A stretch of 60,042 nt of DNA from a virus (IMGVR_UViG_3300047463_000151:1-60042); one strand, 5' to 3'. Numbered from the stretch's first letter, positions 1 to 8,874 are shown. Program-made: numbers and translations. Notes: a model not told the origin generated them from the sequence alone.

Positions 1-193
1 TATCGTGTATACGTCAGAGGGCAAGGCTACGCCATAAAAATAGTTTACCGCTTGTGACCGTGTAAACGTGTCCTTGATTTACCGCGCTTTGACCTAGCGT
101 TTTGTTTTTACAAGTTCTGGTCTTGCTAGCAGCGCGTCGTCCGTGCTAGGTTCAGGGTGCGTACAGAGATGTACGTCGGGCCGGCCAGCCCGT

Positions 194-296
194 GGGGCTT
201 GTTAGCATCATCCCTCCCTCGGAGTGATTAACCCTTCGGGGGAGGCGATGCTGAAAAACCCAAAAGAAGTTGAGTTTTCCCATGCTAACGAGTTTC
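194..296 (+). promoter_or_regulatory. Structured leader with two mutually exclusive pairings upstream of the primase-like gene
   Basis: 194-208 (GGGGCTTGTTAGCAT) can pair with 282-296 (ATGCTAACGAGTTTC), 15 bp including G-U pairs. Alternatively 202-209 pairs with 247-254 and 213-218 with 240-245. A CCC-TTCG-GGG tetraloop hairpin lies at 232-241. Confidence 0.45.
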
Positions 297-300
297 AAAA

Positions 301-1773
301 ATGTCGAACCAAAACTCCATCGCAAGGTGGACGCAAAGACTTACGCCGAAAAAAGCTAAGTCTGTTTTCCAATTGTGCGCTACCATCCAACGTGATGCCG
401 TCGAAGTGCGTCACGGCTTCGTCGTATTTGAGTCCTCGATAGACTTCGTTCGTCGGGCCAAGGTCGGCGAATACAGTTGGTCTACGGCTCAGACGGTCTA
501 CGCGGATGCTATGCGCCTTATCGGTGCGGCCTCGCTGACTCTTGCGGAGGCCAGAGGCTTCGGCTTTCCTTTGCGTAATGTCGTCGAGGGCAAGCGTCGT
601 GGTGGCCTCTATGCGTTGACCCAGGCGCAGTACGAACGTGTGCTTGACGTATGCGTAGCGCAGCCCGTTAGCGTGTCGGCGCGTGGTCTGGGACCGGAGT
701 TCGTGGCGCTGCGTGTTCGTCGGGTGAAGGGTGTGAAGATTACCGCTCACTGCTCGTTCCATGCCGACCGCCACCCTAGCGTGGCTCTGACGGTTCGCGG
801 TGGCACCGCTTATGGTCAATGCTTTGCATGTGCTCAAAGTCTATTCGCGGTTCGTCGTGGTGAGGATTGGTTCGTTCGTGTTGCTGTGGGTGCGGTGAAT
901 AATCGGCGTATAAAGAGCACCAGAATTTCTGGTACAATAGCTAGAGAACACTCCGCCCCTCGTCGCCTCCCCCTCGCCGACTACAACGTAGACGACGCTT
1001 TCCGCGCCCGGCTTAGCCGGTGCTACACGAAGCTCCGTGGTGCTAACCGGGTCGAGCAAGACTTCGGTATGGAGCAATCCAAAACGCACCAAACACGGCT
1101 TCTCGACGCGCTTATGGAGTCCGACAAGCGAGCCGAACGTAGCCGGGAGTCCGCATACTACGGCCATATCCAGTGGCAAGCGTGCGGCGGTGACTACCGG
1201 CAATACTTACCTGACCGTTTCGTAGCGATGGATATGCTGTATCCGTCTGAATTTATCGACGTAGTAAAGGGCAAAAAGACGTATAAGATGCCCCGCAAAT
1301 TCCGCTCTGCCGGGGTAACGCATGCGCTTATCGACCTCGACGGGTTCACGGCAGCACCGCTGAACAACACCGGCCTAGCGGCGTTGAAAGACCAATTCGT
1401 AGCCTTGGGTAAAGCGCAAGGATGGTCGGGTGAAGTCGCGCTGGTTCGTACTTCGCTTCATGGGATCCATGTGGTATTCGGCCTCGACCGGATGAAGAAG
1501 CCGCAATGGTATGGTGCGCCGGGCGTGCGGGATGCGCTCGTAGAATTGGGCGCTCGATGCCTCGACCTAGTGCGCTCGGTTGGCTTTGAGGGCGGGATGC
1601 ACGATAAGCAAACGCTAGTGGCCGGTCGGCACGTTCGCCGTCCAGGCGCACGCATCGACAAGCGAGGCGAAATCTACGTTAGCCGGTTGGCGTTCGCGGC
1701 CTACGGCGATGTGTCAATTGAACCGCGTAAGCGTAAAGTGGCTCGTAAGGTGTTGGCGACGGTCTGTAACTGA
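301..1773 (+). CDS. Putative primase/replication protein: CHC2-type zinc finger plus AEP (prim-pol)-like catalytic domain
   Basis: 490 aa. CSFHADRHPS...CFAC matches the zf-CHC2 pattern. ALIDLDG (DxD) and RTSLHGIHVVF (sxxGxH) resemble AEP motifs I and II. Confidence 0.6.
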   Translation: MSNQNSIARWTQRLTPKKAKSVFQLCATIQRDAVEVRHGFVVFESSIDFVRRAKVGEYSWSTAQTVYADAMRLIGAASLTLAEARGFGFPLRNVVEGKRRGGLYALTQAQYERVLDVCVAQPVSVSARGLGPEFVALRVRRVKGVKITAHCSFHADRHPSVALTVRGGTAYGQCFACAQSLFAVRRGEDWFVRVAVGAVNNRRIKSTRISGTIAREHSAPRRLPLADYNVDDAFRARLSRCYTKLRGANRVEQDFGMEQSKTHQTRLLDALMESDKRAERSRESAYYGHIQWQACGGDYRQYLPDRFVAMDMLYPSEFIDVVKGKKTYKMPRKFRSAGVTHALIDLDGFTAAPLNNTGLAALKDQFVALGKAQGWSGEVALVRTSLHGIHVVFGLDRMKKPQWYGAPGVRDALVELGARCLDLVRSVGFEGGMHDKQTLVAGRHVRRPGARIDKRGEIYVSRLAFAAYGDVSIEPRKRKVARKVLATVCN

Positions 1774-1807
1774 GGCGGCTAGTGCTGGTCGAACAGTAGT
1801 AGACGAT

Positions 1808-2179
1808 ATGAAGAATATGGAGAGTCCAATGATGGTCTATCTCGATGATAGCGAGGAGCAGGATGCGGCGATGAGCGCGTATTTGCGTCGTGCAAATGGA
1901 CTATATAACCACGCGCCTCGCAACTTTGAGGGGTGCGGTAAAGGGTCGCTGGCCGAACCGCCAGAAGTGAAAGAGGGTTGCGTCCTAGTCTACGGCGGCG
2001 GCGCTTGGCAAGACAGTGAATCCAAGTGGGCGCTCGAGCGCGTGAAAAGCAAATTGATGTTCCATACTTGGAACGAAGACTACTTTTACTACGAATCAGT
2101 CGAGGGTCGAGTAAAAGTCAACCGGCACAATTTCCGAGTCGATTGGGATCTCGTCGTGCCGGAAGCCGAAAAGCCATAA
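1808..2179 (+). CDS. Hypothetical protein
   Basis: Open frame in the + gene string; start is 1808 or 1830 (GGAG upstream of 1830). Confidence 0.6.
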   Translation: MKNMESPMMVYLDDSEEQDAAMSAYLRRANGLYNHAPRNFEGCGKGSLAEPPEVKEGCVLVYGGGAWQDSESKWALERVKSKLMFHTWNEDYFYYESVEGRVKVNRHNFRVDWDLVVPEAEKP

Positions 2180-2191
2180 GGCGAGGTGCGT

Positions 2192-2995
2192 ATGTCGAAA
2201 CAGCCGAAGCCTGACTACAACACCAAACGACAGTTACTCCCCGAAGAAATCGAGCCTATCCTACAAGAGTGGTGGGATAAACTACACTCCTACGAATGGC
2301 TTTACGCGAACATGCCATGCACGCCAGCCGTTACCAAGCGGATTCTGCGTGGTGAGTTCTACGCCGAAGTCAAAAAGCCGTGGGTAGGCAAAAGCGGGTA
2401 TCGAAAGCGCATACCGCTGGAAACGCGCATCGAGGCTAAGCGCCTGTACTACGAGTGCGGGTGGACCTCTACGCAACTCGCGGAGAAGTTCGGCGGCGAT
2501 GCGAAACTTTGGGCTATCGCAGTGGTCACGCATCCGTTGCCGAAGCCCAGGGACCAGTGGAAGAAGAAGCCGGTCCAGGAGTTCACGGCGCTGACCGATG
2601 AGCAAGTAATAGCAGGCATCGCGCTTTACTACGATACGATGTGCAAAATCAGCGTTATCGCGGAAATGTGGGATTGTACCTATCACCAAGCGCGGGGAGT
2701 GCTGGAGGGCAAGTATTACCCACACTTGGAACGGCCCCGCGATATGCAGGTTCCGTGGGGTCAGCCGCACCCGCGTCAATTCCGCGAAGACAAAGGACCA
2801 GCGGTGAAGCAGGCGCTCCGCGACTATGTGAAGAACGACTGGTCGGTAGGTCAACTCGCACGGGCGTTAGGCACACGGCACTTCGTCGCGGAGGGCATCA
2901 TCAAGGGCACCAAATTCAAGCGCGTTCAGCGGCCTCGTAGTTTGCAAATGCTCATCGAAGAAAAACAACTGTTCGGCGACGATTGGGACGAGTAG
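2192..2995 (+). CDS. Tandem HTH-repeat protein (phage paralogue family)
   Basis: Repeated units such as YECGWTSTQLAEKFG and LRDYVKNDWSVGQLARALGTRHFVAEGIIKG..RP; GAGG RBS before ATG 2192. Confidence 0.7.
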   Translation: MSKQPKPDYNTKRQLLPEEIEPILQEWWDKLHSYEWLYANMPCTPAVTKRILRGEFYAEVKKPWVGKSGYRKRIPLETRIEAKRLYYECGWTSTQLAEKFGGDAKLWAIAVVTHPLPKPRDQWKKKPVQEFTALTDEQVIAGIALYYDTMCKISVIAEMWDCTYHQARGVLEGKYYPHLERPRDMQVPWGQPHPRQFREDKGPAVKQALRDYVKNDWSVGQLARALGTRHFVAEGIIKGTKFKRVQRPRSLQMLIEEKQLFGDDWDE

Positions 2996-3019
2996 TGGCG
3001 ACTAAGGGACGGAGGTCCC

Positions 3020-3364
3020 ATGAAGCGGGTCACGTTCAAGTTCAAGCGCGAAATCGAAATCTCGGCGTTTGTGCCGGATGACTTTGAAGAAGCAGAGGCT
3101 AAGGAAATTGCGGACTCGATGGTTCGCACCAACTTCAAAGATTACAACGTCGCGGACTACCAGGTGTCGTTCTCGGCGCAGTTTGTTCGGGTGACAGCGG
3201 AAGATAGGGCGACTTCGTGGCACCGCGTTCACGGCGTAGACTACGAAAGCATCGTCAAAAATGACTCGCCGCTGCAAACTAATCTCGTCCTCGATGATTG
3301 GGGCACTGGCCTAGTCAACGCTTGCGGCGCTCGCTGGTGGCGCTTGGAAGACGATAATGGATAA
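3020..3364 (+). CDS. Hypothetical protein
   Basis: 114 aa, GGAGGT RBS. Confidence 0.7.
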   Translation: MKRVTFKFKREIEISAFVPDDFEEAEAKEIADSMVRTNFKDYNVADYQVSFSAQFVRVTAEDRATSWHRVHGVDYESIVKNDSPLQTNLVLDDWGTGLVNACGARWWRLEDDNG

Positions 3365-3560
3365 GAAAGAGACGAACGGTCTGCTGGAAGTGATGCAGTA
3401 CCAGGCGAATCTGATTGTCCAGATGGCCGCGTTGCTGCGTGAAGGCGCGGACATCAACGGCGAAGGTTGGGAGCGGTTGAAACAAATCCACGCGGACGCT
3501 GAAGCGTTGGAAGCCAACATCGAGGCCGCGTGGTTCGGTAATGGTGTCGCGTGCGACTGA
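3357..3560 (+). CDS. Hypothetical protein
   Basis: 67 aa, overlaps both neighbours in operon style. Confidence 0.6.
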   Translation: MDKKETNGLLEVMQYQANLIVQMAALLREGADINGEGWERLKQIHADAEALEANIEAAWFGNGVACD

Positions 3561-3946
3561 CCGTGACCCTCGACCTTTACGACGAGGATGTAGCCGAGAT
3601 TACGTTGACGCAGGTGCGCTCGTTGCTGCGTGCGTACAACCCCGGCGCGGCCTCAGAATGGCCTGCTATACAGCGGCAGGGCGTACAGGGCATGGCGTGT
3701 ATACCCCGTGACTTGCAAGACGCCTACGAGGCGCTGAGCGCGTGTATCGACGCGGTAGGCGCAGCCACAGCGATGGATGTGGCGCAACGGCTACGGGTGA
3801 CGCGAGCGCAGGCTCAGACTCAGATTTTGCGGGCGCTGCTGGCAATGCGTATGGCGCGTATTCCTTTGGACGTTGAAGGCAGTTGGTCGCATGATATGCA
3901 GACGGTTCTATACCGGAGGGTCAGTGGCGCATCGTCAGCAGTTTGA
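3551..3946 (+). CDS. Hypothetical protein, possible HTH
   Basis: 131 aa; the segment TAMDVAQRLRVTRAQAQTQI is HTH-like. Confidence 0.5.
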   Translation: MRLTVTLDLYDEDVAEITLTQVRSLLRAYNPGAASEWPAIQRQGVQGMACIPRDLQDAYEALSACIDAVGAATAMDVAQRLRVTRAQAQTQILRALLAMRMARIPLDVEGSWSHDMQTVLYRRVSGASSAV

Positions 3947-4460
3947 ATTTGTGGCGACGGTCAAAGCAAAGTACCCTCAGAACTTTGCGCTCTGTCGCGT
4001 GCTGGAAGTGGGAAGCCTCGACATCAATGGTTCGGTACGCTCGCTGTTCCAAGGGTGCCAGTACATCGGCCTCGACGTAGGCCAAGGTCGCGGTGTAGAC
4101 ATTGTGTGTTCGGGGCACGAATATGATGCGCCTGACCATAGCTACGAAACCGTTATAAGTTGCGAATGTTTCGAGCATAATCCGCATTGGATTGAGACAT
4201 TCGCGAATATGCACCGCCTAACCCGCAAGGGTGGGTTAGTAGTTATGACCTGTGCAACGACGGGCAGACCAGAGCACGGAACGACGCGGACGACGCCGAA
4301 GGATTCGCCGCTGACGGTAGCCTTGCAGTGGGACTACTACCAGAACCTCACCGAGCAAGACTTCGTTGAGCGGTTCGGCCTCGACCGCATGTTTTCTGAA
4401 TGGTCATTCAGTGTAAATCCTCGCAGTTGCGACCTGTACTTTTATGGGGTCAGGCGGTAA
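3924..4460 (+). CDS. Class I SAM-dependent methyltransferase (not a DNA methyltransferase type)
   Basis: VLEVGSLDING, YIGLD..G.GVD and ISCECFEH motifs; GGAGGG RBS before GTG 3924. Confidence 0.8.
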   Translation: MAHRQQFEFVATVKAKYPQNFALCRVLEVGSLDINGSVRSLFQGCQYIGLDVGQGRGVDIVCSGHEYDAPDHSYETVISCECFEHNPHWIETFANMHRLTRKGGLVVMTCATTGRPEHGTTRTTPKDSPLTVALQWDYYQNLTEQDFVERFGLDRMFSEWSFSVNPRSCDLYFYGVRR

Positions 4461-4900
4461 TGCCAGAGCGTAACTTTTGGCGTCAGTGGGCAACGGAACC
4501 TCCTCCGCGTGATGCTCGATGGGGAATCGGCGGTGGATTCTTGCAAGACGGGATCGAGTGGAAGTTTTACCACTTGGAAAGTCGCGTGTGTGATGATGGT
4601 GCGTTGGTATGGACGCATACCGAGCAGCACGGTGACTCTACTTGCACGGTTCAGGGCGAGTACAACGTATGGAAATATGCGGGCGACCCTATGCCGACGC
4701 CGGATGAGCAGCGAAACGGGGTGGTGATATGGGAGTGGAACAGTTCGCCTGGTAGGTTGCGGTCGCTATGTAAGACGAAGGGCCAGTTTATTTGCTTGCT
4801 TCCAGTAGATGTTTATTTGCCTTGGGTTGTACTCAAGACAAATGGAGCAGAGGCAATTGTTTTGGAAGACGGTCGTACCTTGTGCGTGCTGACCGAGTAG
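4460..4900 (+). CDS. Hypothetical protein
   Basis: Start coupled to the upstream stop (TAATG); Trp-rich, 146 aa. Confidence 0.6.
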   Translation: MPERNFWRQWATEPPPRDARWGIGGGFLQDGIEWKFYHLESRVCDDGALVWTHTEQHGDSTCTVQGEYNVWKYAGDPMPTPDEQRNGVVIWEWNSSPGRLRSLCKTKGQFICLLPVDVYLPWVVLKTNGAEAIVLEDGRTLCVLTE

Positions 4901-4915
4901 TGATATGGTGCGCCC

Positions 4916-5152
4916 ATGCCGCCATATACCTGCCCGTTGATTGACCATATCCAGACCCAATTCGCTGACCGGCCTGTGTCGTTGCCGCCGATAGCGTTTC
5001 AAGGCGTCATCCTCGATGACCTTCACTCGATGCTCGAGGCGCTCCGAGTAGCGAACGCTGACCTACGGATTGGGTGTGAACTTGCGTTGGATCTTCAGCG
5101 CGAGAACGACGAACTACGCGACGAGGTAGCGAGGTTGCGTCGGTCGCTATGA
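4916..5152 (+). CDS. Hypothetical protein with C-terminal coiled coil
   Basis: 78 aa; last + gene before the strand switch. Confidence 0.6.
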   Translation: MPPYTCPLIDHIQTQFADRPVSLPPIAFQGVILDDLHSMLEALRVANADLRIGCELALDLQRENDELRDEVARLRRSL

Positions 5153-5443
5153 CTTCATTTCGCGTTCAGCGGCCTTGCGTGCGTGCTCGAGTCCACGGAG
5201 CGCGGCTTCTTGAATCGACCGCTCTTTGAGCGTGATGTCGGGTGCGTTCGCTGCCAGGCGTGCCGCGATGATAGCGTCGGTGAGCCCGTGTAGTACGACT
5301 TCGTGTTCAGTCCGGTGCCATACGAGTTCGTCGCCGTAACGTAGGCGGAACAGCGCGAGTAGAGCGTCGGTAGCGCCGTCGCGGTTTGTGTGGCGTAGGA
5401 AGTTGACGGCGAAGGGCGCGAGTTTGACGGCGTAAGTTTGCAT
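5147..5443 (-). CDS. Hypothetical protein
   Basis: 98 aa; ATG abuts copy 1 of the 56-bp element. Confidence 0.55.
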   Translation of the reverse strand: MQTYAVKLAPFAVNFLRHTNRDGATDALLALFRLRYGDELVWHRTEHEVVLHGLTDAIIAARLAANAPDITLKERSIQEAALRGLEHARKAAEREMKS

Positions 5444-5499
5444 AGGGGTAGGTCTGGAATTTGGGTTTGGAAACTAAATCGTAGGTAAAAAGCCGATTT
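5444..5499. repeat. 56-bp dispersed element, copy 1
   Basis: AGGGGTAGGTCTGGAATTTG...AAATCG(5476)-N12-CGATTT(5494). Confidence 0.85.
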
Positions 5500-5537
5500 C
5501 GTTTCGTAGACTATCAGCTAAGTGATGACGCTAAGGG

Positions 5538-5786
5538 TTAGACCGGCCATGAAATCGGGAGCGAAGTAGCGTTAGAGGCGTGGTCGGCAATGTCCATGAC
5601 GACCTCGATGGCCCAATTATTTGCCTTGAAGTCGGCGAGGGCTTCTTCGTCGGTGGCGTAGTTGTAGCCTTTGGCTCTACCGGCGCTGCGTTGATGCTCG
5701 ATGGCTTCGTGGAGTGTAGCGATTTGGTACAACGGAGTGCATGTACCGCTCTGCGGGTCGAGCCAGCGGACGTAGCGTTGAAGCAT
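5538..5786 (-). CDS. Hypothetical protein
   Basis: MLQRYVRW..., preceded by a GAGG RBS. Confidence 0.6.
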   Translation of the reverse strand: MLQRYVRWLDPQSGTCTPLYQIATLHEAIEHQRSAGRAKGYNYATDEEALADFKANNWAIEVVMDIADHASNATSLPISWPV

Positions 5787-5898
5787 GGGTGGTCCTCGCG
5801 TGCAAAGGATCGTCGCGTGGCGGTTATAGCGCGGTTCGTGCGGATTGTGTGGCAGGCGCACGGATTGTATGCAGAAAACCCCCTCGCTGTGACGCTAA

Positions 5899-5954
5899 GG
5901 GGGTCGGTTTGGATTTTGGTATGGGAATCTAAATCGTGGCTGAAAAGCCGGTTT
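5899..5954. repeat. 56-bp dispersed element, copy 2
   Basis: GGGGGTCGGTTTGGATTTTG...AAATCG(5931)-N12-CGGTTT(5949). Confidence 0.85.
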
Positions 5955-5973
5955 TGTTTCTATGGCGTCTAGG

Positions 5974-6555
5974 CTACGGGCGACCGGCTTCTAAGTAGGT
6001 TCGGCCTTTTACGATGTCGTTAGCGGCAGACTTCCCTACGCCCAAGTGCTGTGCGAGTAGCCGAGTGGACCAACCGTACTCTTGGCGTAATTCCAGCGCA
6101 GCCTCGACCTGCTGCACGGTGAGCTTGCGGTGTGGATAGTGGTCAGCCCGTTCGGGCCACGGGTACGCAAAGCCCGGTGGGCGTTCTACGTTACGCCAAG
6201 CGCGACCGCTGAGCACCAGCAGGGCCGTGGAGCGACACACACCAGCCAACCGCGAAAACGCTGCGGTTCCCATACGTTTTGCGACGTAAGCGCAAAGGAG
6301 GTCATAGCGTCGTTGCTGACGCTCTTTGGGGCTGAGTCCTTTCCAGGGGACAACGCGGCGAGGTTGACCCTTTGTGCCGTGCCAAGGGTAAGCAAAACCC
6401 CCTGGTCGCGGAACGTGCGGGTAGGACAAACCTTTGAGTAAGCACTTGGCCGCAGCGTTGCCTAACTTGAACCGCCTAGCGAACTGCTGCAAGGTCATAC
6501 GCTCCTCGACGTATTCGGTGAGCATGTCGGATACTTGCGCGTCGGTGAAGCGCAC
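5974..6555 (-). CDS. Tandem HTH-repeat protein (paralogue family)
   Basis: Two units of L..YV..RM....F.R.......A...L.G......RP.GFAYPW plus a third HTH; AAAGGAGG RBS before GTG 6555. Confidence 0.75.
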   Translation of the reverse strand: MRFTDAQVSDMLTEYVEERMTLQQFARRFKLGNAAAKCLLKGLSYPHVPRPGGFAYPWHGTKGQPRRVVPWKGLSPKERQQRRYDLLCAYVAKRMGTAAFSRLAGVCRSTALLVLSGRAWRNVERPPGFAYPWPERADHYPHRKLTVQQVEAALELRQEYGWSTRLLAQHLGVGKSAANDIVKGRTYLEAGRP

Positions 6556-6567
6556 GGTGCCTCCTTT

Positions 6568-6623
6568 GGGGGTGGGTATGGAAATAGGCATAGGAAAGCA
6601 AATCGTACCTATTTGGCCGATTT
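6568..6623. repeat. 56-bp dispersed element, copy 3
   Basis: GGGGGTGGGTATGGAAATAG...AAATCG(6600)-N12-CGATTT(6618). Confidence 0.8.
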
Positions 6624-6645
6624 GCCATTGAATAAATCAGGCGGG

Positions 6646-7038
6646 TTACGCTGCTGACCTAGTGTTGAAAAGCCGCCTAGCCTCAGCGATGCCGCCCAAG
6701 CGTTGGATCATCTGGTAAATATCGGGCGCGTGGCCCCAGTCGTAAATTCCGCCCGTGGCTTCTATCAAAAATGAAACCCATCGGCGGTTCCACTCGTCTT
6801 GTTTGGCGCGTGCTGCTAACCGTGCAGCTTCGGCCTTTTCGTCGTCGGCGCGTTTCGCGTTAGCGCGGACCTCGGCGCTGGTAACCTTGAGCATTTTGGC
6901 GGCACAGCTTGTGCCGAAGTAGCGCGTCTCATTCTCGTCCAGGTCGGTTACGGCTATCGTCTTCTTCAGGTCTGAGCGCCCGCAGCAGTCGCACGCGGTC
7001 ACCTCGTCGGTCGTACCTTCGTATTGGTAGCGTAGCAT
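6646..7038 (-). CDS. Hypothetical zinc-binding protein
   Basis: CDCCGRSDLKKT...YFGTSCA; GGAGG RBS before ATG 7038. Confidence 0.7.
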   Translation of the reverse strand: MLRYQYEGTTDEVTACDCCGRSDLKKTIAVTDLDENETRYFGTSCAAKMLKVTSAEVRANAKRADDEKAEAARLAARAKQDEWNRRWVSFLIEATGGIYDWGHAPDIYQMIQRLGGIAEARRLFNTRSAA

Positions 7039-7051
7039 CGAGCCTCCGATA

Positions 7052-7108
7052 AGGGGCCGGGTTGGAAATTGGGGAGGGTAAGGCAAATCGTAGGGGATTT
7101 GCCGATTC
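7052..7108. repeat. 56-bp dispersed element, copy 4
   Basis: AGGGGCCGGGTTGGAAATTG...AAATCG(7085)-N12-CGATTC(7103). Confidence 0.8.
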
Positions 7109-7109
7109 G

Positions 7110-7316
7110 TTATCCGACAAGCAGTGAATCCAGACGGTCTAGCGCCAGCCTTACTAGGGCGTCAGTATGCTCGTCTTTACCAATTTCGTGGCTGAGCGCC
7201 TCGTCGCGAAGCTTGGTCCAAACATATACTTTGTGTTCGCGGCGGAATCCGCGACATGTGCCAGTAGTGTAGCGTTCGATAGAAACGAGCAGGTCAAGAA
7301 CTTCATCGGTGTCCAT
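7110..7316 (-). CDS. Hypothetical protein
   Basis: 68 aa, GGAG RBS. Confidence 0.6.
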   Translation of the reverse strand: MDTDEVLDLLVSIERYTTGTCRGFRREHKVYVWTKLRDEALSHEIGKDEHTDALVRLALDRLDSLLVG

Positions 7317-7349
7317 GGTAGGCTCCAGTGGTGGTTAGAGGGCGGCGAG

Positions 7350-7658
7350 CTAGGCCGCGAGCAGCGCAGCGAGTTCGTGGTGGTAGTCAACGCTGACATT
7401 GCCTCCCCACCGGATGTGCATCGTCCCAGTGATTGGATTCCCGCCAATTTCGCCGATTACCTGAACATTCGGCCAGTAGCCTTCGACTAAAACGTATTCG
7501 CCGTCGTAGTCGCTGACTGACGTTACGACGAAACTTGGTACTGTGTCCGCGATTTTTGTGAGTCCGAGGGCTTCTTCCACGCCCCATTCGCTAGGGTGCG
7601 CCATGGCCTCGGAACAGACGGCGCGGAGTTCATCAGTGAGTAGGATTTGGGTGGACAT
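7350..7658 (-). CDS. Hypothetical protein
   Basis: MSTQILL..., AGGAG RBS. Confidence 0.65.
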   Translation of the reverse strand: MSTQILLTDELRAVCSEAMAHPSEWGVEEALGLTKIADTVPSFVVTSVSDYDGEYVLVEGYWPNVQVIGEIGGNPITGTMHIRWGGNVSVDYHHELAALLAA

Positions 7659-7697
7659 GGTGGGCTCCTGTGGGTGGCTAGTGTAGGTCACGAAGGT

Positions 7698-7877
7698 TCA
7701 GCCGTATGGACGGACTGACCACCAGTTTTCCTTTTTGACTTCCGCGCTGCACGACTCACATTTGAGAGCCGACCACGCGAAATGGTAAACGGTCTGCAAT
7801 GCAGCGCATTCAGGGCAACGTACTAGCGTTCCGTCTCGGCGTGCGCGTGTATAGCGAGTGACGGGTGCGATGGTCAT
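7698..7877 (-). CDS. Small zinc-ribbon protein
   Basis: CPEC...CESC; AAAGGGAGA RBS. Confidence 0.65.
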   Translation of the reverse strand: MTIAPVTRYTRARRDGTLVRCPECAALQTVYHFAWSALKCESCSAEVKKENWWSVRPYG

Positions 7878-7881
7878 GGTT

Positions 7882-7941
7882 TCTCCCTTTGTTGAAGTCG
7901 GCCACATACTTAGCCCTAGTGGGGCTGCGGATGGGGTCGGC
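7882..7941. repeat. Duplicated intergenic leader, copy A
   Basis: TCTCCCTTTGTT..CCACATACTTAGCCCtagtgGGGCTGCGGATGGGGTCGGC, similar to 8185-8247; contains an AGCCC/GGGCT hairpin. Confidence 0.75.
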
Positions 7942-8180
7942 TATTCCTCATCGTTGCTATCGGTGCGGGCATGATTTGTGGTGCAATTGTCGGGACACTC
8001 GTCAGAGTGTTCACACATACATGCGTTCATGCAGGTTCCGTTGTCGCACAGAAGGCATACCGGCCCCAACTGGTAGGAGGGGTCATCTTCTTGTACGCCC
8101 CTATCGTTCTGACATAGTTTACATTCGCAGGTATTTTCTGCCCGCACGCCGAAGTACCATGCTTGTTTATTGGTATACAT
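7941..8180 (-). CDS. Small Cys-rich protein
   Basis: MYTNKQAW..., several CxC/CxxC pairs; AAAGGGAGA RBS. Confidence 0.6.
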   Translation of the reverse strand: MYTNKQAWYFGVRAENTCECKLCQNDRGVQEDDPSYQLGPVCLLCDNGTCMNACMCEHSDECPDNCTTNHARTDSNDEE

Positions 8181-8184
8181 CGTG

Positions 8185-8247
8185 TCTCCCTTTGTTTTAT
8201 TGCCAGACCACATGCTTAGCCCGATTAGGGCTACGGATGGGATCGGC
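8185..8247. repeat. Duplicated intergenic leader, copy B
   Basis: TCTCCCTTTGTT..CCACATGCTTAGCCCgattaGGGCTACGGATGGGATCGGC. Confidence 0.75.
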
Positions 8248-8646
8248 CTAGGTGAATGCGATCTTTCCGCTATCTGTGAAGTAAAGGTAAGATTGGCCGA
8301 ATGCGTGCGCGATCTCACTAAGTTTATCGCCAGCCTCGCCTAATCCACGGTCCCAAAATCCAGTGCCGTGGCCGTTGCGGGTAAGCCAGAAATCGTGACC
8401 CGCCCGCGCCTCGCAGTATTGGTCAGTAAATCTAAAAATACCGTTCGTATCGACAACGTAGAGAAAATTCTTACAGTCCGATACCAAGCGAATTAGCGAA
8501 TCACGGTTGAGATCCGCCCAATCCCAATCCTTTGGAAGATCCTCAGATCCTTCCTCAGTCCATTCGACCGCTTGGATATACGCTTGCATGAAGCGTGAAC
8601 CGCTGATGATGGACCAAAGTTCACTTTTCGTCAGTCGCTTGCTCAT
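8248..8646 (-). CDS. Phage hypothetical protein
   Basis: Contains AGHDFWLTRNGHGTGFWDR, a motif I recall from phage early regions; function unknown. Confidence 0.7.
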   Translation of the reverse strand: MSKRLTKSELWSIISGSRFMQAYIQAVEWTEEGSEDLPKDWDWADLNRDSLIRLVSDCKNFLYVVDTNGIFRFTDQYCEARAGHDFWLTRNGHGTGFWDRGLGEAGDKLSEIAHAFGQSYLYFTDSGKIAFT

Positions 8647-8678
8647 TGTGGCCCCCTGTTTGTTTGCCTTACACATAT

Positions 8679-8708
8679 ACCTTATCGCCACAAACGATCA
8701 CATGTAAA
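8679..8708 (-). promoter_or_regulatory. Candidate sigma70-like promoter
   Basis: Minus strand TTTACA-N18-TAAGGT upstream of the 8646 start, in an AT-rich context. Confidence 0.4.
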
Positions 8709-8772
8709 GTGTATTTTGAAGATAGATAGAAAATAGTTGAAACGCTAGTCGCTACCTAGCGAATACGCATAT

Positions 8773-8828
8773 AGGGGCTGGTTCGGATTTTGCTATGGCA
8801 ATTTGAATCGTAGTCAAAATGCCGATTT
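8773..8828. repeat. 56-bp dispersed element, copy 5
   Basis: AGGGGCTGGTTCGGATTTTG...GAATCG(8805)-N12-CGATTT(8823). Confidence 0.85.
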
Positions 8829-8874
8829 GAATTAGCGTATCGTTGTCGAGTGGCGTAATCGGCGACCAGGTATA

